Assembly: GCA_030390025.1 (NCBI GenBank)
Contig: CM059433.1
Span: 5,890,001-5,954,000, forward strand
Source: Squalus acanthias
Lineage: Eukaryota
Reading direction: 5' to 3'
Length of the DNA: 64,000 nt
Both the position numbers and the translations under genes were made by a program. Shown here piece by piece: positions 35,528 to 50,500 of the stretch. Numbering within the stretch: position 1 is the stretch's first letter; the number at the start of each line of letters is the position of its first letter. Under the pieces are notes generated by a model that was not told the DNA's origin, did not search any database, and was given only the letters and a program-made list of their open reading frames with translations.

Positions 35528-38500
35528 TCTTCACAAAGGAGGACACAAATAACCTCCCGGAGATGTCGGGGAACATAGGGTCTAATGAGAGGGAGGAACT
35601 GAATGAAATCAGTATTTGTAGGGAAATGGTATAAGGGAAATTGACGGAATTGAAAGCCGATAAATCCCCAGGGCCTGATAATCTACATCCTAGGGTACTT
35701 AAGGAAGTGACCCTAGAAATAGTAAATGCATTGCTGGTCATCTTCCAAACTTCTATAGACTCTGGAACAGTTCCCATGGATTGGAGGGTAGCTAATGTAA
35801 CCCCACTATTTAAAAGAGGTGGTAGAAAGAAAATGGGGAATTATAGACCGGTAAGCCTGACATCGGTAGTGGGGAAAATGCTAGAGTCCATTATAAAAGA
35901 TGTAATAGCAGAGCACTTGGAAAACAGTGCAGGATCGGACAAAGTCAACATGGATTTACAAAAGGTAAATCATGCTTGACTAATCTACAGGGTGTAACTG
36001 GTAGAATAGATAAGGGAGAACCAGTACACGTGGTGTATTTGGACTTTCAGAAGGCTTTCGATAAGGTCCCGCATAAGAGATTTGCGTGCAAAGTTAAAGC
36101 ACATGGGATTGGTGGGGGTAAGGTACTGACTTGGATAGAAAACTGGTTGGCAGACAGGAAGCAAAGAGTTGGAATAAACGGGTCTTTTTCCGAGTGGCAG
36201 GCAGTGACTAGTGGGGTACCGCAGGGATCGGTGCTAGGACCCCAGCTATTCACAATATATATTAATGATCTAGACAAGGGAACTAGATGTAATATCTCCA
36301 AGTTTGCAGACAACACAAAGCTGGGTGGGCGTATGTGCTGTGAGGAGGTTGCAGAGAAACTGCAGTATGATTTGGACAGGTTGGGTGATTGGGCAGATGC
36401 ATGGCAGATGCATGGATAAATGCGAGGATATCCACTTTGGTGGCAAAAACAGGAAGGCACATTATCTGAACGGCAATAGATTGGGAATAGGGGAAGTGTA
36501 ACGAGACCTGCGTGTCCTTGTGCACCAGTCGCTGAAGGTAAGCATGCAGGTGCAGCAGGCGGTGAAGAAGGCAAATGGTATGTTGGCCTTCATAGCGAGA
36601 GGATTCGAGTACAGGAGCAAGGATGTCTTGCTGCAGTTGTACAGGGCCTTGGTGAGACCTTGAGTATTGTGTGCAGTATTGGTCACCTTATCTGAGGAAG
36701 GATGCTCTTGCCATGGAGGGAGTGCAGCGAAGATTCACCAGACTGATACCTGGGATGGCAGGAATGACGTATGAAGAGAGATTGGGTCGATTAGGCTTAT
36801 ATTCGCTAGAGTTTAGAAGAATGAGAGGGGATCTCATTGAAACTTATAAAATTCTAACAGGACTAGACAGACTAGATGCAGGAAGGCTGTTCCCGATGGC
36901 GGGGAGTCCAGAACCAAGGGTCACAGTCTAAGGATAAGGGGTAAGCCATTTAGGACTGAGAGGAGGAGGAATTTCTTCACCCAGAGAGTGGTGAACCTGT
37001 GGAATTCTCTACCACAGAAGGCAGTTGAGGCCAATTCATTAAATATCTTCAAGAAGGAGTTAGATATATTTCTTAAGGCTAAGGGGATCAAGGGATATGG
37101 GAGAAAGCAGGGACAGGGTACTGAATTTGGATGATCAGCCATGATCACATTGAATGGCGGAGCAGGCTCGAGGGGCCGAATGGCCTACTCCTGCTCCTAT
37201 CTTCTATGTTTCTATGTTTCTATGACAGTCACTCTCACCTCACCTCTGGAATTCAGCTCTTTTGTCCATGTTTGGACCAAGGCTGTAATGCGGTCAGGAG
37301 CCAAGTGGTCCTGACGGAAACCAAACTGGTCATCGGTGAGCTGGTTATTTGTGCCTTTGTTAGTGCCGCTTGATAGCATTGTCGATGACAGCTTCCATCA
37401 CTTTGCTGATGATGGAGAGATGGCTGATGGGATGGTAACGGGCTGTCGGATTAGTCCAGCTTTTTGTGGACTGTACATACCTGGCCAATTTACCACTTTG
37501 TCGGGGAGATGCCAGTACGGGAACAGCTTGGATAGTGTTGCAGCTAGTTCTGGACACAGGTCTTCAGCACTGCAGCCGCGATGTTGTCAGAACCCATAGC
37601 CTTTGCTGTATCCAGTGCGCTGTACCGTTCTTGATATCACATGGAGTGAAGTGAATTAGCTGAAGACTGGCTTCTGTGATGGTGGGACCTCAGGAGCAGG
37701 CCGAGATGCATCATCCACTTGGCACTTGTGACTGAAGATGGTTGCGAAGGCTTCAGCCTTGTCTTTTTCACTCAGGTGCTGTGCTCCGCCATCATTGAGG
37801 ATGTGGATGTTCAAGGAGCCTCCTCCTCCCGTTAGTTGTTTAATTGTCCATCACCATTCCCGACTGGATGTGACAGGACTGCAGAGCTTTGATCTGATCC
37901 ATTGGGTGTGGGATCGCTTAGCTCTGTCTATAGCACGCTGCCTCCGCTGTTTAACATGCATATAGTCCTGTGTTGTAGCTTCACCAAGTTGGTTTCTGAT
38001 TTTCTGATACACCTGGTGCAGCTCCTGGAATGCTCTTCAACACTCCTTATTGAACCAGGGCTGGTTTGATGGTAATGGTAGAATGAGGGATATGCCGGGC
38101 CATGAGTTTACAGATTATGGTGGAATACAATTCTGTTGCTGCTGATGGCCCACAGCGCCTCATGGATGCCCAGTTTTGAGCTGCTAGATGTGTTCTTAAT
38201 CTATCCCATTTAGCACAGTGGTAGGGCACAGAACACGATGAAGGGGTGTCCTCAGTGACTCGGTAGTACCATGATTGACCAAGCTGGCTGAGTCCTGAAG
38301 GACATAGCAGCCAGACTGACTCACGGCAGGTGGTGAGAGAACAAACACGAGCCTCTACCGAGCAACACTTGGTGATGGACATTGAAGTCCCCCACCCAGA
38401 GTACATTCTGTGCACCAGCAGCCACAGTGCGCCGGAGGAGGAGGGAGTAAATGTTTAAGATGGTGGATGGGGGAGCTGATTAAGCGGCCTGCTTTCCCCT

Positions 38501-41500
38501 GGATTGTGTCGAGCTTCGTGAGTGTTGTTGGAGCTGCAACCGTCCAGGCAAGTGGAGAATATTCCATCGCACTCCTGACTTGTGCCTTGTAGGGGGTGGA
38601 AAGGCTTTGGGGAGTCAGGAGGTGGTGAGTCACTTGCGCAGAATACCCAGCATCTGACTAGCGCTTGTAGGCACAGTATTTATTTGGCTGATCTAGGTAA
38701 GTTTTTGGTCAATGGTGACCCCCAGGATGTTGATGGTGGGGAATTCAATGATGGTAATGCCATTGACTGTCATGGGGAGGTGGTTAGACTCTCTCTTGTT
38801 GGAGATGGTCATTGTCTGGCACTTGTGTGTCACAAATGTTACTTGCCACTTATCATCCCCAACCTGCATGTTGTCCAGGTCTTGCTGCACGTGGACACAG
38901 ACTGCCTCATTGGGCCAAAAATTCGGCACTTGCCGGGTGAGTACGTGCTGTGTACGCACCCGTAAGGCCTCCTGAAGTGCCGGTTTCCTGCATGCACTGC
39001 GCATGCGCGGGAAACTGGAACTTCCGGTCTCGTGAAGGGAGGGGTTCAGAGGTGAACCGCGTGCACGGGAGAGGCTGCGCGCACGCAGGGAACTTTTTTT
39101 TTTCAGGTTTCTCCGGGAAGGTAAGTATGGAAGAAGCTGCGCTTTTAAAAAGGAGGCGCAGGACCCGTTTTTAACAAGGTAAGTGGTTAATTAATTACAA
39201 TTAAAAAAAAATTTCAACAGGTTTATCTTTTTTAGACACTTTAAAGAAAGGTAAGTTTATTTTTAGCACTCTTAAAAAGTATTTTAATTTTTTCAAAAAT
39301 TTAAATTTTTGTTTTAAGTAGTTAATTTATTTAACTTATAGTTATTTTAAAAATGTGATGGTTTTTTAAAAAATTTATTTGAAGTTTAGGTGTTGTTTTG
39401 GGGCCGATTTCAATTCATAGATTTGACAGGTCTTGGTTGGCGGACAGAAAGCAGAGAGTAGGAATTAATGGGTCTTTTTCCGAATGGCAAGTAGTGACTA
39501 GTGGGGTACCGCAGGGATCGGTCCTTGGACCCCAGCTATTCACAATATACATTAATGATCTAGATAAGGGAACTAAATGTAATATCTCCAAGTTTGCAGA
39601 TGACACAAAGCTGGGTGGGAGTGTGTGCTGCGAGGAGGATACCGAGAAACTCCAGGATGATTTGGACAGGTTGGGTGATTGGGCAGAAGTGTGGCAGATG
39701 CAATATAACGTGGATAAATGCGAGGTTATCCACTTTGGTGTCAAAAACAGAAAGGCAGACTATTATCTGAATGGCAATAGATTGGGAGAAGGGGAAGTGC
39801 AACGAGACCTGGGTGTCCTTGTGCACCAGTCGCTGAAAGTAAGCATGCAGGTGCAGCAGGCGGTGAAGAAGGCAAAGGGTATGTTGGCCTTCATAGCGAA
39901 AGGGTTTGAGTATAGGAACAGGGATGTCCTGCTGCAGTTGTACAGGGCCTTGGTGAGACCACACCTTGAGTACTGTGTGCAGTTTTGGTCGCCTTATCTG
40001 AGGAAGGATGTTCTTGCCATGGAAGGAGTTCAGCGAAGATTCACAAGGCTGATACCTGGGATGGCAGGAATGACATATGAGGAGAGATTGGGTCGATTGG
40101 GCTTATACTCGCTGGAGTATAGAAGAATGAGAGGGGATCTCATCGAAACATATAAAATTCTGACAGGTCTGGACAAACTAGATGCAGAAAGAATGTTCCC
40201 GATGGTCGGAGAGTCCAGAACCAGGGGTCATAATCTAAGGATAAGGGGTAAGCCATTTAGGACAGAAATGAGGAAGAATTTCTTCACCCAGAGAGTGGTG
40301 AACCTGTGGAATTCTCTACCACAGAAGGTAGTTGAGGCCAAGTCATTAAATATATTCAAGAATGAGTTAGATATATTTCTTAAAGCTAAAGGTATCAAGG
40401 GATATGGGGAGAAGGCAGGTACAGGGTACTGAGTTTGGATGATCAGCCATGATCTCATCGAATGGCGGAGCAGGCTCGAGGGGCCGAATGGCCTACTCCT
40501 GCTCCTATCTTCTATGTTTCTATGTTTCTATGTCTTCACAAAGGAGGACACAAATAACCTCCCAGAGATGTCGGGGAACATAGGGTCTAATGAGAGGGAG
40601 GAACTGAATGAAATCAGTATTTGTAGGGAAATGGTATAAGGGAAATTGACGGGATTGAAGGCCGATAAATCCCCAGGGCCTGATAATCTACATCCTAGGG
40701 TACTTAAGGAAGTGGCCCTAGAAATAGTAGATGCATTGCTGGTCATCTTCCAAACTTCTATAGACTCTGGAACAGTTCCCATGGATTGGAGGGTAGCTAA
40801 TGTAACCCCACTATTTAAAAGAGGTGGTAGAGAGAAAATGGGGAATTATAGACCGGTAAGCCTGACATCGGTAGTGGGGAAAATGCTAGAGTCCATTATA
40901 AAAGATGTAATAGCAGAGCACTTGGAAAACAGTGACAGGATCGGACAAAGTCAACATGGATTTACAAAAGGTAAATCATGCTTGACTAATCTACAGGGTG
41001 TAACTGGTAGAATAGATAAGGGAGAACCAGTACACGTGGTGTATTTGGACTTTCAGAAGGCTTTCGATAAGGTCCCGCATAAGAGATTAGCGTGCAAAGT
41101 TAAAGCACATGGGATTGGTGGGGGTAAGGTACTGACTTGGATAGAAAACTGGTTGGCAGACAGGAAGCAAAGAGTTGGAATAAACGGGTCTTTTTCCGAG
41201 TGGCAGGCAGTGACTAGTGGGGTACCGCAGGGATCGGTGCTAGGACCCCAGCTATTCACAATATATATTAATGATCTAGACGAGGGAACTAGATGTAATA
41301 TCTCCAAGTTTGCAGACAACACAAAGCTGGGTGGGCGTATGTGCTGTGAGGAGGTTGCAGAGAAACTGCAGTATGATTTGGACAGGTTGGGTGATTGGGC
41401 AGATGCATGGCAGATGCATGGATAAATGCGAGGATATCCACTTTGGTGGCAAAAACAGGAAGGCACATTATCTGAACGGCAATAGATTGGGAATAGGGGA

Positions 41501-44500
41501 AGTGTAACGAGACCTGCGTGTCCTTGTGCACCAGTCGCTGAAGGTAAGCATGCAGGTGCAGCAGGCGGTGAAGAAGGCAAATGGTATGTTGGCCTTCATA
41601 GCGAGAGGATTCGAGTACAGGAGCAAGGATGTCTTGCTGCAGTTGTACAGGGCCTTGGTGAGACCTTGAGTATTGTGTGCAGTTTTGGTCGCCTTATCTG
41701 AGGAAGGATGCTCTTGCCATGGAGGGAGTGCAGCGAAGATTCACCAGACTGATACCTGGGATGGCAGGAATGACGTATGAAGAGAGATTGGGTCGATTAG
41801 GCTTATATTCGCTAGAGTTTAGAAGAATGAGAGGGGATCTCATTGAAACTTATAAAATTCTAACAGGACTAGACAGACTAGATGCAGGAAGGCTGTTCCC
41901 GATGGCGGGGAGTCCAGAACCAAGGGTCACAGTCTAAGGATAAGGGGTAAGCCATTTAGGACTGAGAGGAGGAGGAATTTCTTCACCCAGAGAGTGGTGA
42001 ACCTGTGGAATTCTCTACCACAGAAGGCAGTTGAGGCCAATTCATTAAATATCTTCAAGAAGGAGTTAGATATATTTCTTAAGGCTAAGGGGATCAAGGG
42101 ATATGGGGAGAAAGCAGGGACAGGGTACTGAATTTGGATGATCAGCCATGATCACATTGAATGGCGGAGCAGGCTCGAGGGGCCGAATGGCCTACTCCTG
42201 CTCCTATCTTCTATGTTTCTATGTTTCTATGACAGTCACTCTCACCTCACCTCTGGAATTCAGCTCTTTTGTCCATGTTTGGACCAAGGCTGTAATGCGG
42301 TCAGGAGCCAAGTGGTCCTGACGGAAACCAAACTGGTCATCGGTGAGCTGGTTATTTGTGCCTTTGTTAGTGCCGCTTGATAGCATTGTCGATGACAGCT
42401 TCCATCACTTTGCTGATGATGGAGAGATGGCTGATGGGATGGTAACGGGCTGTCGGATTAGTCCAGCTTTTTGTGGACTGTACATACCTGGCCAATTTAC
42501 CACTTTGTCGGGGAGATGCCAGTACGGGAACAGCTTGGATAGTGTTGCAGCTAGTTCTGGACACAGGTCTTCAGCACTGCAGCCGCGATGTTGTCAGAAC
42601 CCATAGCCTTTGCTGTATCCAGTGCGCTGTACCGTTCTTGATATCACGTGGAGTGAAGTGAATTAGCTGAAGACTGGCTTCTGTGAGGGTGGGACCTCAG
42701 GAGCAGGCCGAGATGCATCATCCACTTGGCACTTGTGACTGAAGATGGTTGCGAAGGCTTCAGCCTTGTCTTTTTCACTCAGGTGCTGTGCTCCGCCATC
42801 ATTGAGGATGTGGATGTTCAAGGAGCCTCCTCCTCCCGTTAGTTGTTTAATTGTCCATCACCATTCCCGACTGGATGTGACAGGACTGCAGAGCTTTGAT
42901 CTGATCCATTGGGTGTGGGATCGCTTAGCTCTGTCTATAGCACGCTGCCTCCGCTGTTTAACATGCATATAGTCCTGTGTTGTAGCTTCACCAAGTTGGT
43001 TTCTGATTTTCTGATACACCTGGTGCAGCTCCTGGAATGCTCTTCAACACTCCTTATTGAACCAGGGCTGGTTTGATGGTAATGGTAGAATGAGGGATAT
43101 GCCGGGCCATGAGTTTACAGATTATGGTGGAATACAATTCTGTTGCTGCTGATGGCCCACAGCGCCTCATGGATGCCCAGTTTTGAGCTGCTAGATGTGT
43201 TCTTAATCTATCCCATTTAGCACAGTGGTAGGGCACAGAACACGATGAAGGGGTGTCCTCAGTGACTCGGTAGTACCATGATTGACCAAGCTGGCTGAGT
43301 CCTGAAGGACATAGCAGCCAGACTGACTCACGGCAGGTGGTGAGAGAACAAACACGAGCCTCTACCGAGCAACACTTGGTGATGGACATTGAAGTCCCCC
43401 ACCCAGAGTACATTCTGTGCACCAGCAGCCACAGTGCGCCGGAGGAGGAGGGAGTAAATGTTTAAGATGGTGGATGGGGGAGCTGATTAAGCGGCCTGCT
43501 TTCCCCTGGATTGTGTCGAGCTTCGTGAGTGTTGTTGGAGCTGCAACCGTCCAGGCAAGTGGAGAATATTCCATCGCACTCCTGACTTGTGCCTTGTAGG
43601 GGGTGGAAAGGCTTTGGGGAGTCAGGAGGTGGTGAGTCACTTGCGCAGAATACCCAGCATCTGACTAGCGCTTGTAGGCACAGTATTTATTTGGCTGATC
43701 TAGGTAAGTTTTTGGTCAATGGTGACCCCCAGGATGTTGATGGTGGGGAATTCAATGATGGTAATGCCATTGACTGTCATGGGGAGGTGGTTAGACTCTC
43801 TCTTGTTGGAGATGGTCATTGTCTGGCACTTGTGTGTCACAAATGTTACTTGCCACTTATCATCCCCAACCTGCATGTTGTCCAGGTCTTGCTGCACGTG
43901 GACACAGACTGCCTCATTGGGCCAAAAATTCGGCACTTGCCGGGTGAGTACGCGCTGTGTACTCACCCGTAAGGCCTCCTGAAGTGCCGGTTTCCTGCAT
44001 GCACTGCGCATGCGCGGGAAACTGGAACTTCCGGTCTCGTGAAGGGAGGGGTTCAGAGGTGAACCGCGTGCACGGGAGAGGCTGCGCGCACGCAGGGAAC
44101 TTAGTTTTTTTTCAGGTTTCTCCGGGAAGGTAAGTATGGAAGAAGCTGCGCTTTTAAAAAGGAGGCGCAGGACCCGTTTTTAACAAGGTAAGTGGTTAAT
44201 TAATTACAATTAAAAAAAATTTTCAACAGGTTTATCTTTTTTAGATACTTTAAAGAAAGGTAAGTTTATTTTTAGCACTCTTAAAAAGTATTTTAATTTT
44301 TTCAAAAATTTAAATTTTTGTTTTAAGTAGTTAATTTATTTAACTTATAGTTATTTTAAAAATGTGATGGTTTTTTAAAAAATGTATTTGAAGTTTAGGT
44401 GTTGTTTTGGGTCCGATTTCAATTCATAGATTTGACAGGTCTTGGTTGGCGGACAGAAAGCAGAGAGTAGGAATTAATGGGTCTTTTTCCGAATGGCAAG

Positions 44501-47500
44501 TAGTGACTAGTGGGGTACCGCAGGGATCGGTCCTTGGACCCCAGCTATTCACAATATACATTAATGATCTAGATAAGGGAACTAAATGTAATATCTCCAA
44601 GTTTGCAGATGACACAAAGCTGGGTGGGAGTGTGTGCTGCGAGGAGGATACCGAGAAACTCCAGGATGATTTGGACAGGTTGGGTGATTGGGCAGAAGTG
44701 TGGCAGATGCAATATAACGTGGATAAATGCGAGGTTATCCACTTTGGTGTCAAAAACAGAAAGGCAGACTATTATCTGAATGGCAATAGATTGGGAGAAG
44801 GGGAAGTGCAACGAGACCTGGGTGTCCTTGTGCACCAGTCGCTGAAAGTAAGCATGCAGGTGCAGCAGGCGGTGAAGAAGGCAAATGGTATGTTGGCCTT
44901 CATAGCGAAAGGGTTTGAGTATAGGAACAGGGATGTCCTGCTGCAGTTGTACAGGGCCTTGGTGAGACCACACCTTGAGTACTGTGTGCAGTTTTGGTCG
45001 CCTTATCTGAGGAAGGATGTTCTTGCCATGGAAGGAGTTCAGCGAAGATTCACAAGGCTGATACTGGGATGGCAGGAATGACATATGAGGAGAGATTGGG
45101 TCGATTGGGCTTATACTCGCTGGAGTATAGAAGAATGAGAGGGGATCTCATCGAAACATATAAAATTCTGACAGGTCTGGACAAACTAGATGCAGGAAGA
45201 ATGTTCCCGATGGTCGGAGAGTCCAGAACCAGGGGTCATAATCTAAGGATAAGGGGTAAGCCATTTAGGACAGAAATGAGGAAGAATTTCTTCACCCAGA
45301 GAGTGGTGAACCTGTGGAATTCTCTACCACAGAAGGTAGTTGAGGCCAAGTCATTAAATATATTCAAGAATGAGTTAGATATATTTCTTAAAGCTAAAGG
45401 TATCAAGGGATATGGGGAGAAGGCAGGTACAGGGTACTGAGTTTGGATGATCAGCCATGATCTCATCGAATGGCGGAGCAGGCTCGAGGGGCCGAATGGC
45501 CTACTCCTGCTCCTATCTTCTATGTTTCTATGTCTTCACAAAGGAGGACACAAATAACCTCCCAGAGATGTCGGGGAACATAGGGTCTAATGAGAGGGAG
45601 GAACTGAATGAAATCAGTATTTGTAGGGAAATGGTATAAGGGAAATTGACGGGATTGAAGGCCGATAAATCCCCAGGGCCTGATAATCTACATCCTAGGG
45701 TACTTAAGGAAGTGGCCCTAGAAATAGTAGATGCATTGCTGGTCATCTTCCAAACTTCTATAGACTCTGGAACAGTTCCCATGGATTGGAGGGTAGCTAA
45801 TGTAACCCCACTATTTAAAAGAGGTGGTAGAGAGAAAATGGGGAATTATAGACCGGTAAGCCTGACATCGGTAGTGGGGAAAATGCTAGAGTCCATTATA
45901 AAAGATGTAATAGCAGAGCACTTGGAAAACAGTGACAGGATCGGACAAAGTCAACATGGATTTACAAAAGGTAAATCATGCTTGACTAATCTACAGGGTG
46001 TAACTGGTAGAATAGATAAGGGAGAACCAGTACACGTGGTGTATTTGGACTTTCAGAAGGCTTTCGATAAGGTCCCGCATAAGAGATTAGCGTGCAAAGT
46101 TAAAGCACATGGGATTGGTGGGGGTAAGGTACTGACTTGGATAGAAAACTGGTTGGCAGACAGGAAGCAAAGAGTTGGAATAAACGGGTCTTTTTCCGAG
46201 TGGCAGGCAGTGACTAGTGGGGTACCGCAGGGATCGGTGCTAGGACCCCAGCTATTCACAATATATATTAATGATCTAGACGAGGGAACTAGATGTAATA
46301 TCTCCAAGTTTGCAGACAACACAAAGCTGGGTGGGCGTATGTGCTGTGAGGAGGTTGCAGAGAAACTGCAGTATGATTTGGACAGGTTGGGTGATTGGGC
46401 AGATGCATGGCAGATGCATGGATAAATGCGAGGATATCCACTTTGGTGGCAAAAACAGGAAGGCACATTATCTGAACGGCAATAGATTGGGAATAGGGGA
46501 AGTGTAACGAGACCTGCGTGTCCTTGTGCACCAGTCGCTGAAGGTAAGCATGCAGGTGCAGCAGGCGGTGAAGAAGGCAAATGGTATGTTGGCCTTCATA
46601 GCGAGAGGATTCGAGTACAGGAGCAAGGATGTCTTGCTGCAGTTGTACAGGGCCTTGGTGAGACCACACCTTGAGTATTGTGTGCAGTTTTGGTCGCCTT
46701 ATCTGAGGAAGGATGCTCTTGCCATGGAGGGAGTGCAGCGAAGATTCACCAGACTGATACCTGGGATGGCAGGAATGACGTATGAAGAGAGATTGGGTCG
46801 ATTAGGCTTATATTCGCTAGAGTTTAGAAGAATGAGAGGGGATCTCATTGAAACTTATAAAATTCTAACAGGACTAGACAGACTAGATGCAGGAAGGCTG
46901 TTCCCGATGGCGGGGGAGTCCAGAACCAAGGGTCACAGTCTAAGATAAGGGGTAAGCCATTTAGGACTGAGAGGAGGAGGAATTTCTTCACCCAGAGAGT
47001 GGTGAACCTGTGGAATTCTCTACCACAGAAGGCAGTTGAGGCCAATTCATTAAATATCTTCAAGAAGGAGTTAGATATATTTCTTAAGGCTAAGGGGATC
47101 AAGGGATATGGGGAGAAAGCAGGGACAGGGTACTGAATTTGGATGATCAGCCATGATCACATTGAATGGCGGAGCAGGCTCGAGGGGCCGAATGGCCTAC
47201 TCCTGCTCCTATCTTCTATGTTTCTATGTTTCTATGACAGTCACTCTCACCTCACCTCTGGAATTCAGCTCTTTTGTCCATGTTTGGACCAAGGCTGTAA
47301 TGCGGTCAGGAGCCAAGTGGTCCTGACGGAAACCAAACTGGTCATCGGTGAGCTGGTTATTTGTGCCTTTGTTAGTGCCGCTTGATAGCATTGTCGATGA
47401 CAGCTTCCATCACTTTGCTGATGATGGAGAGATGGCTGATGGGATGGTAACGGGCTGTCGGATTAGTCCAGCTTTTTGTGGACTGTACATACCTGGCCAA

Positions 47501-50500
47501 TTTACCACTTTGTCGGGGAGATGCCAGTACGGGAACAGCTTGGATAGTGTTGCAGCTAGTTCTGGACACAGGTCTTCAGCACTGCAGCCGCGATGTTGTC
47601 AGAACCCATAGCCTTTGCTGTATCCAGTGCGCTGTACCGTTCTTGATATCACGTGGAGTGAAGTGAATTAGCTGAAGACTGGCTTCTGTGAGGGTGGGAC
47701 CTCAGGAGCAGGCCGAGATGCATCATCCACTTGGCACTTGTGACTGAAGATGGTTGCGAAGGCTTCAGCCTTGTCTTTTTCACTCAGGTGCTGTGCTCCG
47801 CCATCATTGAGGATGTGGATGTTCAAGGAGCCTCCTCCTCCCGTTAGTTGTTTAATTGTCCATCACCATTCCCGACTGGATGTGACAGGACTGCAGAGCT
47901 TTGATCTGATCCATTGGGTGTGGGATCGCTTAGCTCTGTCTATAGCACGCTGCCTCCGCTGTTTAACATGCATATAGTCCTGTGTTGTAGCTTCACCAAG
48001 TTGGTTTCTGATTTTCTGATACACCTGGTGCAGCTCCTGGAATGCTCTTCAACACTCCTTATTGAACCAGGGCTGGTTTGATGGTAATGGTAGAATGAGG
48101 GATATGCCGGGCCATGAGTTTACAGATTATGGTGGAATACAATTCTGTTGCTGCTGATGGCCCACAGCGCCTCATGGATGCCCAGTTTTGAGCTGCTAGA
48201 TGTGTTCTTAATCTATCCCATTTAGCACAGTGGTAGGGCACAGAACACGATGAAGGGGTGTCCTCAGTGACTCGGTAGTACCATGATTGACCAAGCTGGC
48301 TGAGTCCTGAAGGACATAGCAGCCAGACTGACTCACGGCAGGTGGTGAGAGAACAAACACGAGCCTCTACCGAGCAACACTTGGTGATGGACATTGAAGT
48401 CCCCCACCCAGAGTACATTCTGTGCACCAGCAGCCACAGTGCGCCGGAGGAGGAGGGAGTAAATGTTTAAGATGGTGGATGGGGGAGCTGATTAAGCGGC
48501 CTGCTTTCCCCTGGATTGTGTCGAGCTTCGTGAGTGTTGTTGGAGCTGCAACCGTCCAGGCAAGTGGAGAATATTCCATCGCACTCCTGACTTGTGCCTT
48601 GTAGGGGGTGGAAAGGCTTTGGGGAGTCAGGAGGTGGTGAGGCACTTGCGCAGAATACCCAGCATCTGACTAGCGCTTGTAGGCACAGTATTTATTTGGC
48701 TGATCTAGGTAAGTTTTTGGTCAATGGTGACCCCCAGGATGTTGAAGGTGGGGAATTCAATGATGGTAATGCCATTGACTGTCATGGGGAGGTGGTTAGA
48801 CTCTCTCTTGTTGGAGATGGTCATTGTCTGGCACTTGTGTGTCACAAATGTTACTTGCCACTTATCGTCCCCAACCTGCATGTTGTCCAGGTCTTGCTGC
48901 ACGTGGACACAGACTGCCTCATTGGGCCAAAAATTCGGCACTTGCCGGGTGAGTACGCGCTGTGTACTCACCGTAAGGCCTCTGAAGTGCCGGTTTCCTG
49001 CATGCACTGCGCATGCGCGGGAAACTGGAACTTCCGGTCTCGTGAAGGGAGGGGTTCAGAGGTGAACCGCGTGCACGGGAGAGGCTGCGCGCACGCAGGG
49101 AACTTTTTTTTTTCAGGTTTCTCCGGGAAGGTAAGTATGGAAGAAGCTGCGCTTTTAAAAAGGAGGCGCAGGACCCGTTTTTAACAAGGTAAGTGGTTAA
49201 TTAATTACAATTAAAAAAAATTTTCAACAGGTTTATCTTTTTTAGATACTTTAAAGAAAGGTAAGTTTATTTTTAGCACTCTTAAAAAGTATTTTAATTT
49301 TTTCAAAAATTTAAATTTTTGTTTTAAGTAGTTAATTTATTTAACTTATAGTTATTTTAAAAATGTGATGGTTTTTAAAAAATGTATTTGAAGTTTAGGT
49401 GTTGTTTTGGGGCCGATTTCAATTCATAGATTTGACAGGTCTTGGTTGGCGGACAGAAAGCAGAGAGTAGGAATTAATGGGTCTTTTTCCGAATGGCAAG
49501 TAGTGACTAGTGGGGTACCGCAGGGATCGGTCCTTGGACCCCAGCTATTCACAATATACATTAATGATCTAGATAAGGGAACTAAATGTAATATCTCCAA
49601 GTTTGCAGATGACACAAAGCTGGGTGGGAGTGTGTGCTGCGAGGAGGATACCGAGAAACTCCAGGATGATTTGGACAGGTTGGGTGATTGGGCAGAAGTG
49701 TGGCAGATGCAATATAACGTGGATAAATGCGAGGTTATCCACTTTGGTGTCAAAAACAGAAAGGCAGACTATTATCTGAATGGCAATAGATTGGGAGAAG
49801 GGGAAGTGCAACGAGACCTGGGTGTCCTTGTGCACCAGTCGCTGAAAGTAAGCATGCAGGTGCAGCAGGCGGTGAAGAAGGCAAATGGTATGTTGGCCTT
49901 CATAGCGAAAGGGTTTGAGTATAGGAACAGGGATGTCCTGCTGCAGTTGTACAGGGCCTTGGTGAGACCACACCTTGAGTACTGTGTGCAGTTTTGGTCG
50001 CCTTATCTGAGGAAGGATGTTCTTGCCATGGAAGGAGTTCAGCGAAGATTCACAAGGCTGATACCTGGGATGGCAGGAATGACATATGAGGAGAGATTGG
50101 GTCGATTGGGCTTATACTCGCTGGAGTATAGAAGAATGAGAGGGGATCTCATCGAAACATATAAAATTCTGACAGGTCTGGACAAACTAGATGCAGGAAG
50201 AATGTTCCCGATGGTCGGAGAGTCCAGAACCAGGGGTCATAATCTAAGGATAAGGGGTAAGCCATTTAGGACAGAAATGAGGAAGAATTTCTTCACCCAG
50301 AGAGTGGTGAACCTGTGGAATTCTCTACCACAGAAGGTAGTTGAGGCCAAGTCATTAAATATATTCAAGAATGAGTTAGATATATTTCTTAAAGCTAAAG
50401 GTATCAAGGGATATGGGGAGAAGGCAGGTACAGGGTACTGAGTTTGGATGATCAGCCATGATCTCATCGAATGGCGGAGCAGGCTCGAGGGGCCGAATGG

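Noticed and set aside
39398..40432. 344-aa RT-domain ORF repeated in the 5-kb units as a possible amplified functional gene
   Set aside because: It is a 5'-truncated CR1 ORF2 starting at a non-ATG codon in the adjoining repeat and lacks the N-terminal RT motifs; intactness is explained by youth.
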